Shown here piece after piece: positions 18,024 to 26,719 of a stretch of 64,000 nucleotides of DNA; the stretch's first letter is position 1, and each line of letters starts with the position of its first letter. This DNA is from an uncultured Candidatus Saccharibacteria bacterium. Lineage in GTDB: Bacteria; Patescibacteriota; Minisyncoccia; RBG-13-40-8-A. The stretch is from contig OZ246412.1 in the NCBI GenBank assembly GCA_965231075.1, positions 463,282-527,281 on the forward strand. Reading direction: 5' to 3'. A program made the position numbers and the translations under genes. The notes under the pieces were generated by a model. It was not told where the DNA came from and searched no databases. It saw only the letters and a program-made list of their open reading frames with translations.

Positions 18024-18602
18024 ATGACAATGATTTCAGAAAAACAATTTAAAGAAAATCTAATATATAATTTAAACCGCCTTAGCTTAGGATGGATTGA
18101 TGGAGATAAACAAAATCACAATAACAGAACCGCTGATATAGTAAACCATCGGGTCAAGACAGCTATAGAGATTAAAGACGACACAAAATACAAAACCGAA
18201 CTACCCACGGTCCCCGGGGTTATAATTGGACAGGGATGTGATCTAACAAAGATGAATCAACGATATAGTGATCATGTTAAGTCAGCAAACAATAAATTTA
18301 AACAATATCCTGGCTATAAAACAATTTTAATTTTCAGAACAGAATTTATAATTACCGATATTATTCGATATGCAATTGAGGGGTTGCATTCTTATCAGAA
18401 ATCAGGAGCTGGAATGACGTATATTGGTCGGAGAGGCAAATATTCACAATTCGCTAAAAACGAAATAGGATGTTTTATTATAATCAATGGAGGTGATTTT
18501 GGTTATTTCCCAAACCAACTCTCAAAAGAAGATCGTATCATGAGTAAAGATGAGATAGAAATAATATTCGGACACAAATTTAACGATATCTCTACAAGAT
18601 AA
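18024..18602 (+). CDS. hypothetical protein, possible PD-(D/E)xK nuclease fold
   Basis: 192 aa; TADIVNHRVKTAIEIKDD resembles D...ExK core. Confidence 0.35.
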   Translation: MTMISEKQFKENLIYNLNRLSLGWIDGDKQNHNNRTADIVNHRVKTAIEIKDDTKYKTELPTVPGVIIGQGCDLTKMNQRYSDHVKSANNKFKQYPGYKTILIFRTEFIITDIIRYAIEGLHSYQKSGAGMTYIGRRGKYSQFAKNEIGCFIIINGGDFGYFPNQLSKEDRIMSKDEIEIIFGHKFNDISTR

Positions 18603-18607
18603 AGCAT

Positions 18608-19579
18608 ATGGTTAAGAATAAAAACATTATAATTGTAGTTGGAACAATTTTAGCAATAATAATTATCGCGGTTTTTGTGTTTCTATATCAATTTTCCGCG
18701 CCACGAAGAAATGCTGAAGAAGAAAGCATAGTGGTTAATTCTACCACCACCACAACAGAATTAATCCCAAAATTAAAAGAACAGGGATATATAAAAAATA
18801 TATGGGCATTTAAATTTGCGTTAAAGAATGGAGAAGTTAGACCAGGCGGATATAAAATTTCAAAAGGCATGAATGCGTGGAAAATTGCCAGAATATTAAC
18901 TGGCGAGCCATATATGAAATGGGTCGTGATTCCCGAAGGATTAAGAAAAGAACAAATAGCGAAAATCCTTAGCGATGAACTTGGCTGGAACGAACAACAA
19001 GAAAGTGATTGGATTAAAAAATACACCGCCATGAAATTCGATTATATTGAGGGCGTTTATTTTCCCGATACCTACCTTATACCGAAAAATGAAAATGGAC
19101 TAGAAGTTGCCCAACGTTTTATTAATAAATTTAACGAAGAATTTGCATCGTATTCTGATAAATTTACACAAGCGAATATTAAATGGACCACCGCCTTAAA
19201 AATCGCTTCACTTATTCAGCGAGAAGCAGGAAGCAAAGACGATATGCCGCTTATTGCGGGCATAATCTGGAACCGCTTATCAAAAGATATGAAGCTCGAA
19301 ATTGACGCCACGCTGCAGTATGCCAGAGGTGATACCGGCAATGGTTGGTGGTCACCAATCAATGTATCGGACAAACAGACCGATTCGCCATATAATACTT
19401 ATCTTTATAAGGGACTTCCGCCTCATCCAATTTGTAATCCGGGAATCAACGCCATAGACGCGGTTTTAAATCCTACCCAGACCGATTGTTTATATTATTT
19501 ACATGATTCGAATAGACAAATTCATTGTGCCGTAACCTACGAGGAGCATAAAGCAAACATTGAAAAATATCTAAAATAA
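18608..19579 (+). CDS. mltG: endolytic murein transglycosylase MltG (YceG family)
   Basis: N-terminal TM helix, YFPDTYLIP and LASLIQREAGSKDDMPLIAGIIWNRL motifs. Confidence 0.85.
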   Translation: MVKNKNIIIVVGTILAIIIIAVFVFLYQFSAPRRNAEEESIVVNSTTTTTELIPKLKEQGYIKNIWAFKFALKNGEVRPGGYKISKGMNAWKIARILTGEPYMKWVVIPEGLRKEQIAKILSDELGWNEQQESDWIKKYTAMKFDYIEGVYFPDTYLIPKNENGLEVAQRFINKFNEEFASYSDKFTQANIKWTTALKIASLIQREAGSKDDMPLIAGIIWNRLSKDMKLEIDATLQYARGDTGNGWWSPINVSDKQTDSPYNTYLYKGLPPHPICNPGINAIDAVLNPTQTDCLYYLHDSNRQIHCAVTYEEHKANIEKYLK

Positions 19580-19622
19580 AACGGATGGGAAAATACTGAG
19601 ATTTATTAAAATTAATACGAAA

Positions 19623-20591
19623 ATGAGTCACAAAATATTCTCAGAAAAAATTGATCTTATTCACAAGGCTCGCGAAGCCATGCTTTCGGCTGTTCAAATT
19701 TATAATAATCCACTCATCACATTTAAGACAGAATCTTTTATAGTTCTATCATTAATTGCGTGGACTTATATGCTTCATGCACACTATCGTTCTGAGAGAA
19801 TTGATTATCGTTATTCTACTATACCAAAAAAGCGCAAAAAATTTGTTCGTAATCCAGACGGAAGTATTCGTTATTGGGATCTAACGGAATGTATTTCCCG
19901 ACAAGCCTGTCCTCTCGACAAAGACACAAAAAATAATTTAGGCTTTCTGATAGGATTGCGGAATCAAATTGAACACAAAAAAGCTACGGGACTAGATTCA
20001 TATCTATCGGCTCGTTATCAAGCATGTGCCCTAAATTTTAATTATTACCTTAAAAAAATTCATGGAGAAAAATTTGGATTAGATCAAAGCCTAGCTCTAA
20101 GTTTACAATTTGCGGAACTCGATTATTCTCAATCAAAAATTATCAAAGATAAAGAAGGATTAATACCTCAGGATATAATTTCTTATATCGCTAATTTCGA
20201 TGGCAAACTATCAAATGCCGAGATAGAGAGTGACAGATTCGCATATAGATTACTTTTTACTAAAGTGGTTGCGAAAAGAAAAGGACAAGCAGATAGAGTT
20301 ATCGAGTTTATTGATCCAAATTCGAAGCTAGCCAAGAATATCTCTCAGCAATATTGGGTTAAAGAAGAAAAAGAGAAAGCAAAGTTTTCTGCGACTCAAG
20401 TAATCCAAAAAGTGCAAGAAGCTGGATTTAAAAGTTTTAGCATGCATCAACATACTGTTTTTTGGAAAGAGCGTGATGGCAAAAATCCCGACAAGGGATT
20501 CGGGGTAATTGTGGTTAAAACATGGTGTTGGTACCAAAATTGGATTGATTGCATAATCAACGAACTTAATAATGAAAAAACGGACAAATGA
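19623..20591 (+). CDS. HEPN-domain protein (Rx4-6H motif), Abi-like
   Basis: alpha-helical protein with GLRNQIEHKK (R-x4-H HEPN signature). Confidence 0.55.
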   Translation: MSHKIFSEKIDLIHKAREAMLSAVQIYNNPLITFKTESFIVLSLIAWTYMLHAHYRSERIDYRYSTIPKKRKKFVRNPDGSIRYWDLTECISRQACPLDKDTKNNLGFLIGLRNQIEHKKATGLDSYLSARYQACALNFNYYLKKIHGEKFGLDQSLALSLQFAELDYSQSKIIKDKEGLIPQDIISYIANFDGKLSNAEIESDRFAYRLLFTKVVAKRKGQADRVIEFIDPNSKLAKNISQQYWVKEEKEKAKFSATQVIQKVQEAGFKSFSMHQHTVFWKERDGKNPDKGFGVIVVKTWCWYQNWIDCIINELNNEKTDK

Positions 20592-20637
20592 GACACGAGA
20601 CAATACCCATAAAAAGTGTCTCATTTGTCTTATTTGT
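20588..20637 (+). terminator. Rho-independent terminator after HEPN gene
   Basis: atgagacac / gtgtctcat 9-bp stem followed by ttgtcttatttg. Confidence 0.65.
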
Positions 20638-20664
20638 AAAAGCTGACCCCGACCCACGTGCTTC

Positions 20665-20693
20665 TTGAAATAGAGCCGAAAAAATGTTAAAAT
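20665..20693 (+). promoter_or_regulatory. sigma70-like promoter TTGAAA-17-TAAAAT for GGDEF gene
   Basis: ttgaaatagagccgaaaaaatgttaaaat read directly, ~40 nt upstream of ATG 20733. Confidence 0.5.
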
Positions 20694-20732
20694 ACCCTTA
20701 CGGTACGGGTTACTTAACCCGACTGTTCCGCA

Positions 20733-21302
20733 TTGTTTATGTCTAGTGAAATAAAAATCCTACAAAAAGAAAATCGAGAATTAAAAAAAGAAATCAACCA
20801 ACTAAAGGAATTGGTTACCGTTGATTATCTCACTAAAATATATAATCGTCGTGCTTTTTCTCATTTTTTAAAAAATCTTTGCCAAGAAGTAAAATGGACG
20901 GCTCAAAACATGAGTCGTCGACAGCGCAAAGAATTTTTTTCTTTATTGTTAATTGATATCGATGATTTTAAAAAAATAAATGATGCCCACGGACATCTCT
21001 ATGGTGACAAGGTTTTACAAAAAGTCGCAAGGTTTTTAGAAAACTCCGTTAGAGATTTTGATGTTGTCGCTCGGTGGGGAGGCGAAGAATTTGTAATTAT
21101 TTTACAAGAGGCAACCCTTAGACAGGCCCAAGCTAGGGCAGAAGTAATATTAAAAAATGCTCCTAAAAAACTATCGATTACCTTTAGCATTGGCGTAGTC
21201 GAATCAAGTCCTGGACTTACAGAAAAATCAATATTCCATAAAGCCGATCGTGCTGTTTATAAAGCAAAAAGGTTGGGCAAGAATCAAATTGTTTTAGCGT
21301 AA
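20733..21302 (+). CDS. GGDEF-domain diguanylate cyclase with N-terminal coiled coil
   Basis: RxxF...IDIDDFKKINDAHGH...RWGGEEF active-site motif. Confidence 0.85.
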   Translation: MFMSSEIKILQKENRELKKEINQLKELVTVDYLTKIYNRRAFSHFLKNLCQEVKWTAQNMSRRQRKEFFSLLLIDIDDFKKINDAHGHLYGDKVLQKVARFLENSVRDFDVVARWGGEEFVIILQEATLRQAQARAEVILKNAPKKLSITFSIGVVESSPGLTEKSIFHKADRAVYKAKRLGKNQIVLA

Positions 21303-21305
21303 AAT

Positions 21306-21390
21306 GGAGGAGTCGCATAGTGGCCTAGTGCGACGGTCTTGAAAACCGTTAGAGGGCAACCTCTCGTGAGTTCGAATCTCACCTCCTCCG
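21306..21390 (+). tRNA. tRNA-Ser (anticodon TGA), long variable arm
   Basis: acceptor ggaggag/ctcctcc, anticodon stem acggt/accgt with loop cttgaaa, T-arm gtgag ttcgaat ctcac; folded by hand. Confidence 0.9.
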
Positions 21391-21415
21391 AATTCAAAAT
21401 TAATGACAAGTAAAA

Positions 21416-21877
21416 ATGTTAATGACAGAAAAAATAATTAAAGTTGAAAAGAATATAAATAATATTTTATTCTGGATATGTTTTTTTGTAACTATTATCG
21501 CCATGTTTATGGCTTTTTTAGAATTTTTTGCCCGTGGTGAATTTCCCACATCTAAAATCGGATTATTCTATATCGGAGTTTTGGCAATTTATTCTTTCCA
21601 CAAAGAGGCACTAAGATTCTTGGAACATGCCCAAACAGAAAAAACCCAGAAAAAGGGAGAATTATTCGTTTACGCTTGGATCATTATTGCGGCAATTTTA
21701 CATCTTGTGAACTTTATAACGAAGAATTATTATGTTATTGGTGATAACGGTGAACATCTTTTGGGCTTAACAAATATAAGTTACACTGCACTAGAGGTTG
21801 GCGCGGTATTTGTTTTCGCAAGAATTTTAAAATTGTTAATGACAAGGTTTTACTATAAAAATAATTCACCCCGTTAA
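21416..21877 (+). CDS. hypothetical membrane protein
   Basis: 153 aa, 4 hydrophobic helices. Confidence 0.4.
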   Translation: MLMTEKIIKVEKNINNILFWICFFVTIIAMFMAFLEFFARGEFPTSKIGLFYIGVLAIYSFHKEALRFLEHAQTEKTQKKGELFVYAWIIIAAILHLVNFITKNYYVIGDNGEHLLGLTNISYTALEVGAVFVFARILKLLMTRFYYKNNSPR

Positions 21878-21920
21878 ATATCCCGCATTGCGGGATCCTG
21901 CTATGCAGGATTTAACAGGG
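21869..21920. promoter_or_regulatory. structured intergenic element copy A (11-bp inverted repeat ccccgttaaat/atttaacaggg enclosing two GC hairpins), 9 nt upstream of ATG 21930
   Basis: hairpins atcccgcattgcgggat and cctgctatgcagg read directly; same architecture at 33400-33451 and 52860-52909. Confidence 0.6.
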
Positions 21921-21929
21921 TAAAAAAAC

Positions 21930-22502
21930 ATGGATATTATTAAACCAATAAAAAAATTAATCGAACCAGAACCAGCTCCGACGCTCGTTGAAGACGAGGT
22001 CGGAGTCCCGACTTCCCCAGAGGAGAACGTCGGGAAAACCACACTACAAACTTTCGAGTGGGAAGCGCCAGAATTTGAGAAACATAACAAATCGGGTTCT
22101 TGGTTTGTGTTGCCAGCGATTATTACAATTATTGTTGGGGTGATTGCTATCGCCACAGAGAATATTTTATTTTTAATTTTAATTTTGTTGGGATTTTTTA
22201 CTTTCTATGTTTATGCCAAAAAAGAACCGGGAATAATAAAATTTAAAATTAACGAGAAAGGAATTGAAATTGACGGAAAACTATACGATTTTAGTTCGAT
22301 CAAATCTTTTTGGATTTTTTATAACCCGCCCACAGAAAAAGAAATTAGTATTCGTAGTCGAAAAACATCCTCACCGTATATTAAAATTCCTTTGGCCGAA
22401 CAAAACCCAAACGAAATTCGAAAATACTTATTAAGATTTTTACCGGAAAAAAGACACAAAGAATCTCTGGTTGATATCTGGATGAAACGAGTTGGATTTT
22501 AA
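21930..22502 (+). CDS. hypothetical membrane protein
   Basis: 190 aa, two central TM helices; preceded by element copy A. Confidence 0.4.
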   Translation: MDIIKPIKKLIEPEPAPTLVEDEVGVPTSPEENVGKTTLQTFEWEAPEFEKHNKSGSWFVLPAIITIIVGVIAIATENILFLILILLGFFTFYVYAKKEPGIIKFKINEKGIEIDGKLYDFSSIKSFWIFYNPPTEKEISIRSRKTSSPYIKIPLAEQNPNEIRKYLLRFLPEKRHKESLVDIWMKRVGF

Positions 22503-22526
22503 CTTGCCCGCTTCTGGCGGGAATAC

Positions 22527-22598
22527 GCCCTTGTCGTTCAACGGACAGGACGCGAACTTGCGGAGTTCGAAATCGAGGTTCGACTCCTCGTGAGGGCA
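22527..22598 (+). tRNA. tRNA, probably Arg (anticodon reads GCG); atypical
   Basis: acceptor gcccttg/tgagggc (two G-U pairs), D-stem gttc/ggac, anticodon stem cgaac/gttcg loop ttgcgga, T-arm cgagg ttcgact cctcg. Confidence 0.5.
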
Positions 22599-22605
22599 AA
22601 TTTCT

Positions 22606-24684
22606 ATGATTAAATTTTCACTTGATGATTCGATTTCTGAATTACCAAGAATAAACGAAAAACATTTAAAAAGATTTCAAAAGCTCGGATTAAATAAAAT
22701 CCGAGATTTGTTGTATCATTTTCCGCATCGTTACGATGATTTTTCCAATATTAAAACTATAAATAAATTACAACTCAACGAAACCGCCACGATTCAGGGA
22801 GAAATTTTGAAAATTACCAACACTCGAACATTCAAAAAACACATGTCCATAACCGAAGCATCAGTCAAAGATAAAACCGGCAATGTACGTGTGATTTGGT
22901 TTAATCAACCGTTCTTGATTAAAAATATTTCGGAGGGAAAAATGGTTAGCTTGTCGGGAAAATACGCCATGGGGCCAAAAGGACCATATTTATCTAATCC
23001 TAGTTATGAATTATTAAGTTTATACAAAACCACCACTCACACTGCCGGATTAATCCCCGTATATCCAGAAACCACCGGGATTAGTTCAAAATTTTTAAGA
23101 TATTATATTAAATTAATTTTACCGAATATTGTTTTAATTAAAGATCCCCTACTATTGGAAATATTAAAACAATACAATTTACCAAACATTCAAAAAGCAT
23201 TATTAAATATCCATTTTCCCAAGACCCTAAAATCTGCCGACGAAGCCAAAAAACGTTTTGCCTTCGAAGAATTATTTTTATTGCAATTATATGTTTTAAA
23301 ACAAAAAATAAATTTACACAAAGAAAATGCGTTTAAGATTCCCTTTAACAAGGATTTGATTCAATCATTTGTAAAACAACTTCCTTTCGAATTAACCGAA
23401 GCACAAAGAAAAACAATTTGGGAAATAATTCAAGATCTAGAAAAATCGGAACCGATGAATCGCTTATTACAAGGAGATGTTGGTTCAGGAAAAACTGTTG
23501 TAGCCGCAACTGTAGCCCTAGAGGTTGCCAGGACGGGATTTCAGGTCGCATTTATGGTGCCAACAGAAATTCTCGCACAACAACATTTTAAAGAAATACA
23601 AAAACTACTTAAAGGATTTGATATCGAAATTGGACTATTAACTGGAAACGATAAAAAAATATCCCAGAAAACAAAAATTGTTGTTGGAACACATGCCCTC
23701 ATACAGAAGTCAGTAAAATTTAACAACCTAGCTCTAGTTATCGTAGACGAACAACATCGCTTCGGTGTCGAACAACGTGCTGCTTTATTGAAGAACAGCA
23801 CCATTTCTCCGCATTTATTATCAATGACTGCTACGCCGATACCAAGAACGCTTGCTCTGACCATTTACGGTGATCTGGATATCTCTTTATTAAATGAAAT
23901 GCCGAAAAATCGACAAAAAATAATTACTAAGATTGTTCCTCCTCATCAGCGTGAACAAGCGTATGAATTTATTCGTCAGGAAGTTAAAAAAGGCAGACAA
24001 TGTTTTGTAATTTGCCCTCGGATAGAGCTATCAAAACCAAAAGAAAAGTCAGAAGAGAACAGCGGTCAAATAAAAATTGACGCCAAGAAATTATTATGGG
24101 CGGAGGTTAAGGCGGTTAAAGATGAATATGAGAAATTATCAGAAAAAATATTTCCCGATTTAACCATTGATATGATTCATGGCAAGATAAAAGCGAAAGA
24201 CAAAGAAAAAATTATGTCTGATTTCCGCAATAAAAAAACCGACGTTTTAATTTCAACATCAGTGATTGAGGTGGGCATTGATATTCCTAACGCTACTGTG
24301 ATGATGATTGAGGGCGCTGATCGATTTGGATTAGCACAATTACACCAATTCAGAGGACGCGTAGGAAGAGGAGAACACCAATCGTATTGTTTGTTATTAT
24401 CGACTTCCGGAGAAACAACAACGCGTTTGAGAGCAATGCAAAAATATGACAATGGTTTCGATCTGGCCGAACAGGACATGAAAATTAGAGGTCCGGGACA
24501 ATTTTACGGCGTTCAGCAATCCGGTTTGCCCGATCTAGCCATGGCGAATTTAAACGATTTAGAATTAATAAAATCCACTCGCCACGAAGCGTTGGAATTA
24601 TTAAAAAAAGATCCCAATTTGGAATCTCATAAATTACTTCTCGAAAAACTCAATAAGTTCAAACAAACAATTCATCTAGAATAA
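22606..24684 (+). CDS. recG: ATP-dependent DNA helicase RecG
   Basis: wedge/OB region then helicase motifs LQGDVGSGKTVVA, VIVDEQHRFG; 692 aa. Confidence 0.9.
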   Translation: MIKFSLDDSISELPRINEKHLKRFQKLGLNKIRDLLYHFPHRYDDFSNIKTINKLQLNETATIQGEILKITNTRTFKKHMSITEASVKDKTGNVRVIWFNQPFLIKNISEGKMVSLSGKYAMGPKGPYLSNPSYELLSLYKTTTHTAGLIPVYPETTGISSKFLRYYIKLILPNIVLIKDPLLLEILKQYNLPNIQKALLNIHFPKTLKSADEAKKRFAFEELFLLQLYVLKQKINLHKENAFKIPFNKDLIQSFVKQLPFELTEAQRKTIWEIIQDLEKSEPMNRLLQGDVGSGKTVVAATVALEVARTGFQVAFMVPTEILAQQHFKEIQKLLKGFDIEIGLLTGNDKKISQKTKIVVGTHALIQKSVKFNNLALVIVDEQHRFGVEQRAALLKNSTISPHLLSMTATPIPRTLALTIYGDLDISLLNEMPKNRQKIITKIVPPHQREQAYEFIRQEVKKGRQCFVICPRIELSKPKEKSEENSGQIKIDAKKLLWAEVKAVKDEYEKLSEKIFPDLTIDMIHGKIKAKDKEKIMSDFRNKKTDVLISTSVIEVGIDIPNATVMMIEGADRFGLAQLHQFRGRVGRGEHQSYCLLLSTSGETTTRLRAMQKYDNGFDLAEQDMKIRGPGQFYGVQQSGLPDLAMANLNDLELIKSTRHEALELLKKDPNLESHKLLLEKLNKFKQTIHLE

Positions 24685-24705
24685 ATATTATTAAATTCAA
24701 TAAAA

Positions 24706-24740
24706 AATAACGAAGTTGAACGTCGTTATTTTTTATTTTT
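24706..24740. terminator. bidirectional Rho-independent terminator between recG (+) and GT2 gene (-)
   Basis: aataacga agttgaacg tcgttatt flanked by A-run and T-run. Confidence 0.6.
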
Positions 24741-26255
24741 GGGCGTGACCCAGAATCCCATATATTTGCCAAACATTAAACGGGTTTGCGAAATTAATGC
24801 CGGAATAGATCCAAAAATAATTGTTGCCACCGGAACCAAAACCCACTGCAAGATCATCCAGATATATTTTTTAGAACTATATTTCGCAGGTCTTGGCGGT
24901 AAAAGTTTTAAAGTATAAAATGCCGACAAGAACAACCCCAGTGTTGCCACAGACATTAAGGTACGGGTCAACCGAGGAAGATTATACGAGAGCAAGGTAC
25001 GATTAAAGCTGTCTCCGCCTAAAAATAACGGCAACCAACCTAAAGCGAAAATCATTAAAGAATTTGTCCCCCACGACCAAAATGCCTCCCAATGATAAAA
25101 CATATGATAGATTTTCTTCCTTAATGGCATTAATTTGTTTTTGATACAGCCGAAAGTAAAATATGGCACGTTTTCTACTCCCCAACTCCATCTCGTTTGT
25201 TGTTTGAAAACATTTTTAACTGTTGTCCAAAAATTATCGGCTAAATTTGCATCCATTGAAATTGGATAATAAAGTGGAACATTGTGATAGTTTCCATTGT
25301 AAAACAATAATGCTTGCCAATAAATCCTTGAATCTTCTGAGACGTTTTTGTTCGTCCAAAAATCCATTTCTACCAGCGCCTTAAAACTCATTGAATGAGA
25401 TGAAAATGTCGACATTCTTTCTGATCTTTCTTGTTGAATCATGTGCCAAAAAGTTGCACCAGTTGCAATAACTCGGGAAATTGCTGGTGCGTCCCAAATA
25501 TTATTATTATACATTGGCACTGGCTGAAAGCTCGAATGTAACGGGTCGGGACAAGTTAGATAGTTAAAAGACAAACAAGCAAAATAATGAGGGAAAACTT
25601 GCGTATCAATATCAAACGACGAAACGATGATGTTTTCGTAGGGGATTTGTAATTGATCGATTAGTTTTTTGGCCTCTTTAGCGGCAAAAGTTTCGTTAGA
25701 GGCTTTCCCCGCTAATTCGCCAACAATGTCTTGCGGATGGACAGTGGTTAAAAATTTAAAAAAATTATTAGAGAATTCTTTTTCTATCTGCTGAGCAATT
25801 CTTAATGCTTCTTCTCCAGCTCTTTGCTCAACCGCCAACACAACAATAAATTTGTCTAGGGGATATTTAGATTTTATTAGAGCATCAAAAGTTGATCTTA
25901 ATACTTCGATTTTTTCTTTATAGAATGGGAGAATAATCAAGTGATGTATTTCTTGCCAGTTTTTAAGCGGAGATTCTTCTAGTTTTTCTAACCAATTAAT
26001 TTTCATGTTTTGCTTCATTCGACGATAAGAAAATTGTTGATGAAAGGCTAAAAAAATCGTTTTCAATAACCAATAAATATCAAAAGCGATAATAAAAAAA
26101 GCCACAAAAACCGGTGCTTTCCAGGAAAGCACAAACATCAAGATTAACGTCCCCCAACTTAAAACTCCCGGCAATATTTCTAGAAAACGAAACAGTCTTC
26201 TGTCTCCAGGGGCTTCTAAATCTCTAGCAAAGCCAATTTTAATATACTTTTTCAT
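24726..26255 (-). CDS. membrane glycosyltransferase family 2 (processive, QxxRW motif)
   Basis: QQTRWSWG motif, multiple TM helices N- and C-terminal, 509 aa. Confidence 0.7.
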   Translation of the reverse strand: MKKYIKIGFARDLEAPGDRRLFRFLEILPGVLSWGTLILMFVLSWKAPVFVAFFIIAFDIYWLLKTIFLAFHQQFSYRRMKQNMKINWLEKLEESPLKNWQEIHHLIILPFYKEKIEVLRSTFDALIKSKYPLDKFIVVLAVEQRAGEEALRIAQQIEKEFSNNFFKFLTTVHPQDIVGELAGKASNETFAAKEAKKLIDQLQIPYENIIVSSFDIDTQVFPHYFACLSFNYLTCPDPLHSSFQPVPMYNNNIWDAPAISRVIATGATFWHMIQQERSERMSTFSSHSMSFKALVEMDFWTNKNVSEDSRIYWQALLFYNGNYHNVPLYYPISMDANLADNFWTTVKNVFKQQTRWSWGVENVPYFTFGCIKNKLMPLRKKIYHMFYHWEAFWSWGTNSLMIFALGWLPLFLGGDSFNRTLLSYNLPRLTRTLMSVATLGLFLSAFYTLKLLPPRPAKYSSKKYIWMILQWVLVPVATIIFGSIPALISQTRLMFGKYMGFWVTPKNKK

Positions 26256-26614
26256 TTAAAATATTCTATCCAAAGCTTAAGATTAGATATTTTTTTTATT
26301 TGTGAATTATTATTTTCGTTTTGAATAATATCGTTGGCGTTTGTAATCATGACCACCGTTTCTCCCTCCTTGACCATGTTTAATTTTTTTCTGGCTTCGT
26401 CTTCCAAAAATTCCTGCGATTGAAAATATTCTCTATTTTCAATTAATTCTTTGTTATTTTCTTTCAGATCTTCAATATCTTGTTCTAGATTATTAATTTC
26501 TTCGCCAACTTTAAAATAGCGATAACCTTCGCGACCGAGGGCAACGATAACCAATACCAATATAATCACTAAGCAGAAAACAAAATATGGTGATTCAAAA
26601 AAATTGTTTTTCAT
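26252..26614 (-). CDS. FtsB/DivIC-like septum formation initiator (TM + coiled coil)
   Basis: TM helix VFCLVIILVLVIVAL then EEINNLEQDIEDLKENNKELIEN coiled coil; start taken at internal Met (MKNNFF). Confidence 0.5.
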   Translation of the reverse strand: MKNNFFESPYFVFCLVIILVLVIVALGREGYRYFKVGEEINNLEQDIEDLKENNKELIENREYFQSQEFLEDEARKKLNMVKEGETVVMITNANDIIQNENNNSQIKKISNLKLWIEYFK

Positions 26615-26719
26615 TATTGGAACATGGGTATGAACAAAAATGCAATCATACTCAACGTAACAATGATTACCGCAACTGCCCAAAAAAACTTTGCTAATTT
26701 TGTAAATCTTTTATTCATA

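Noticed and set aside
21869-21920. Interpreting structured-element copies purely as Rho-independent terminators
   Set aside because: None is followed by a T-tract, and all three abut start codons rather than stop codons; the terminator-only explanation does not cover the conserved outer inverted repeat.
22381-22599. 72-aa minus-strand ORF
   Set aside because: Overlaps the tRNA at 22527-22598 and a GC hairpin; Arg/Pro-rich translation typical of antisense tRNA sequence.
24177-24479. Antisense ORFs inside recG, gyrA, lepA, infB and other long genes
   Set aside because: Embedded opposite conserved housekeeping genes with no independent signals; the example coordinates are one such ORF inside recG.
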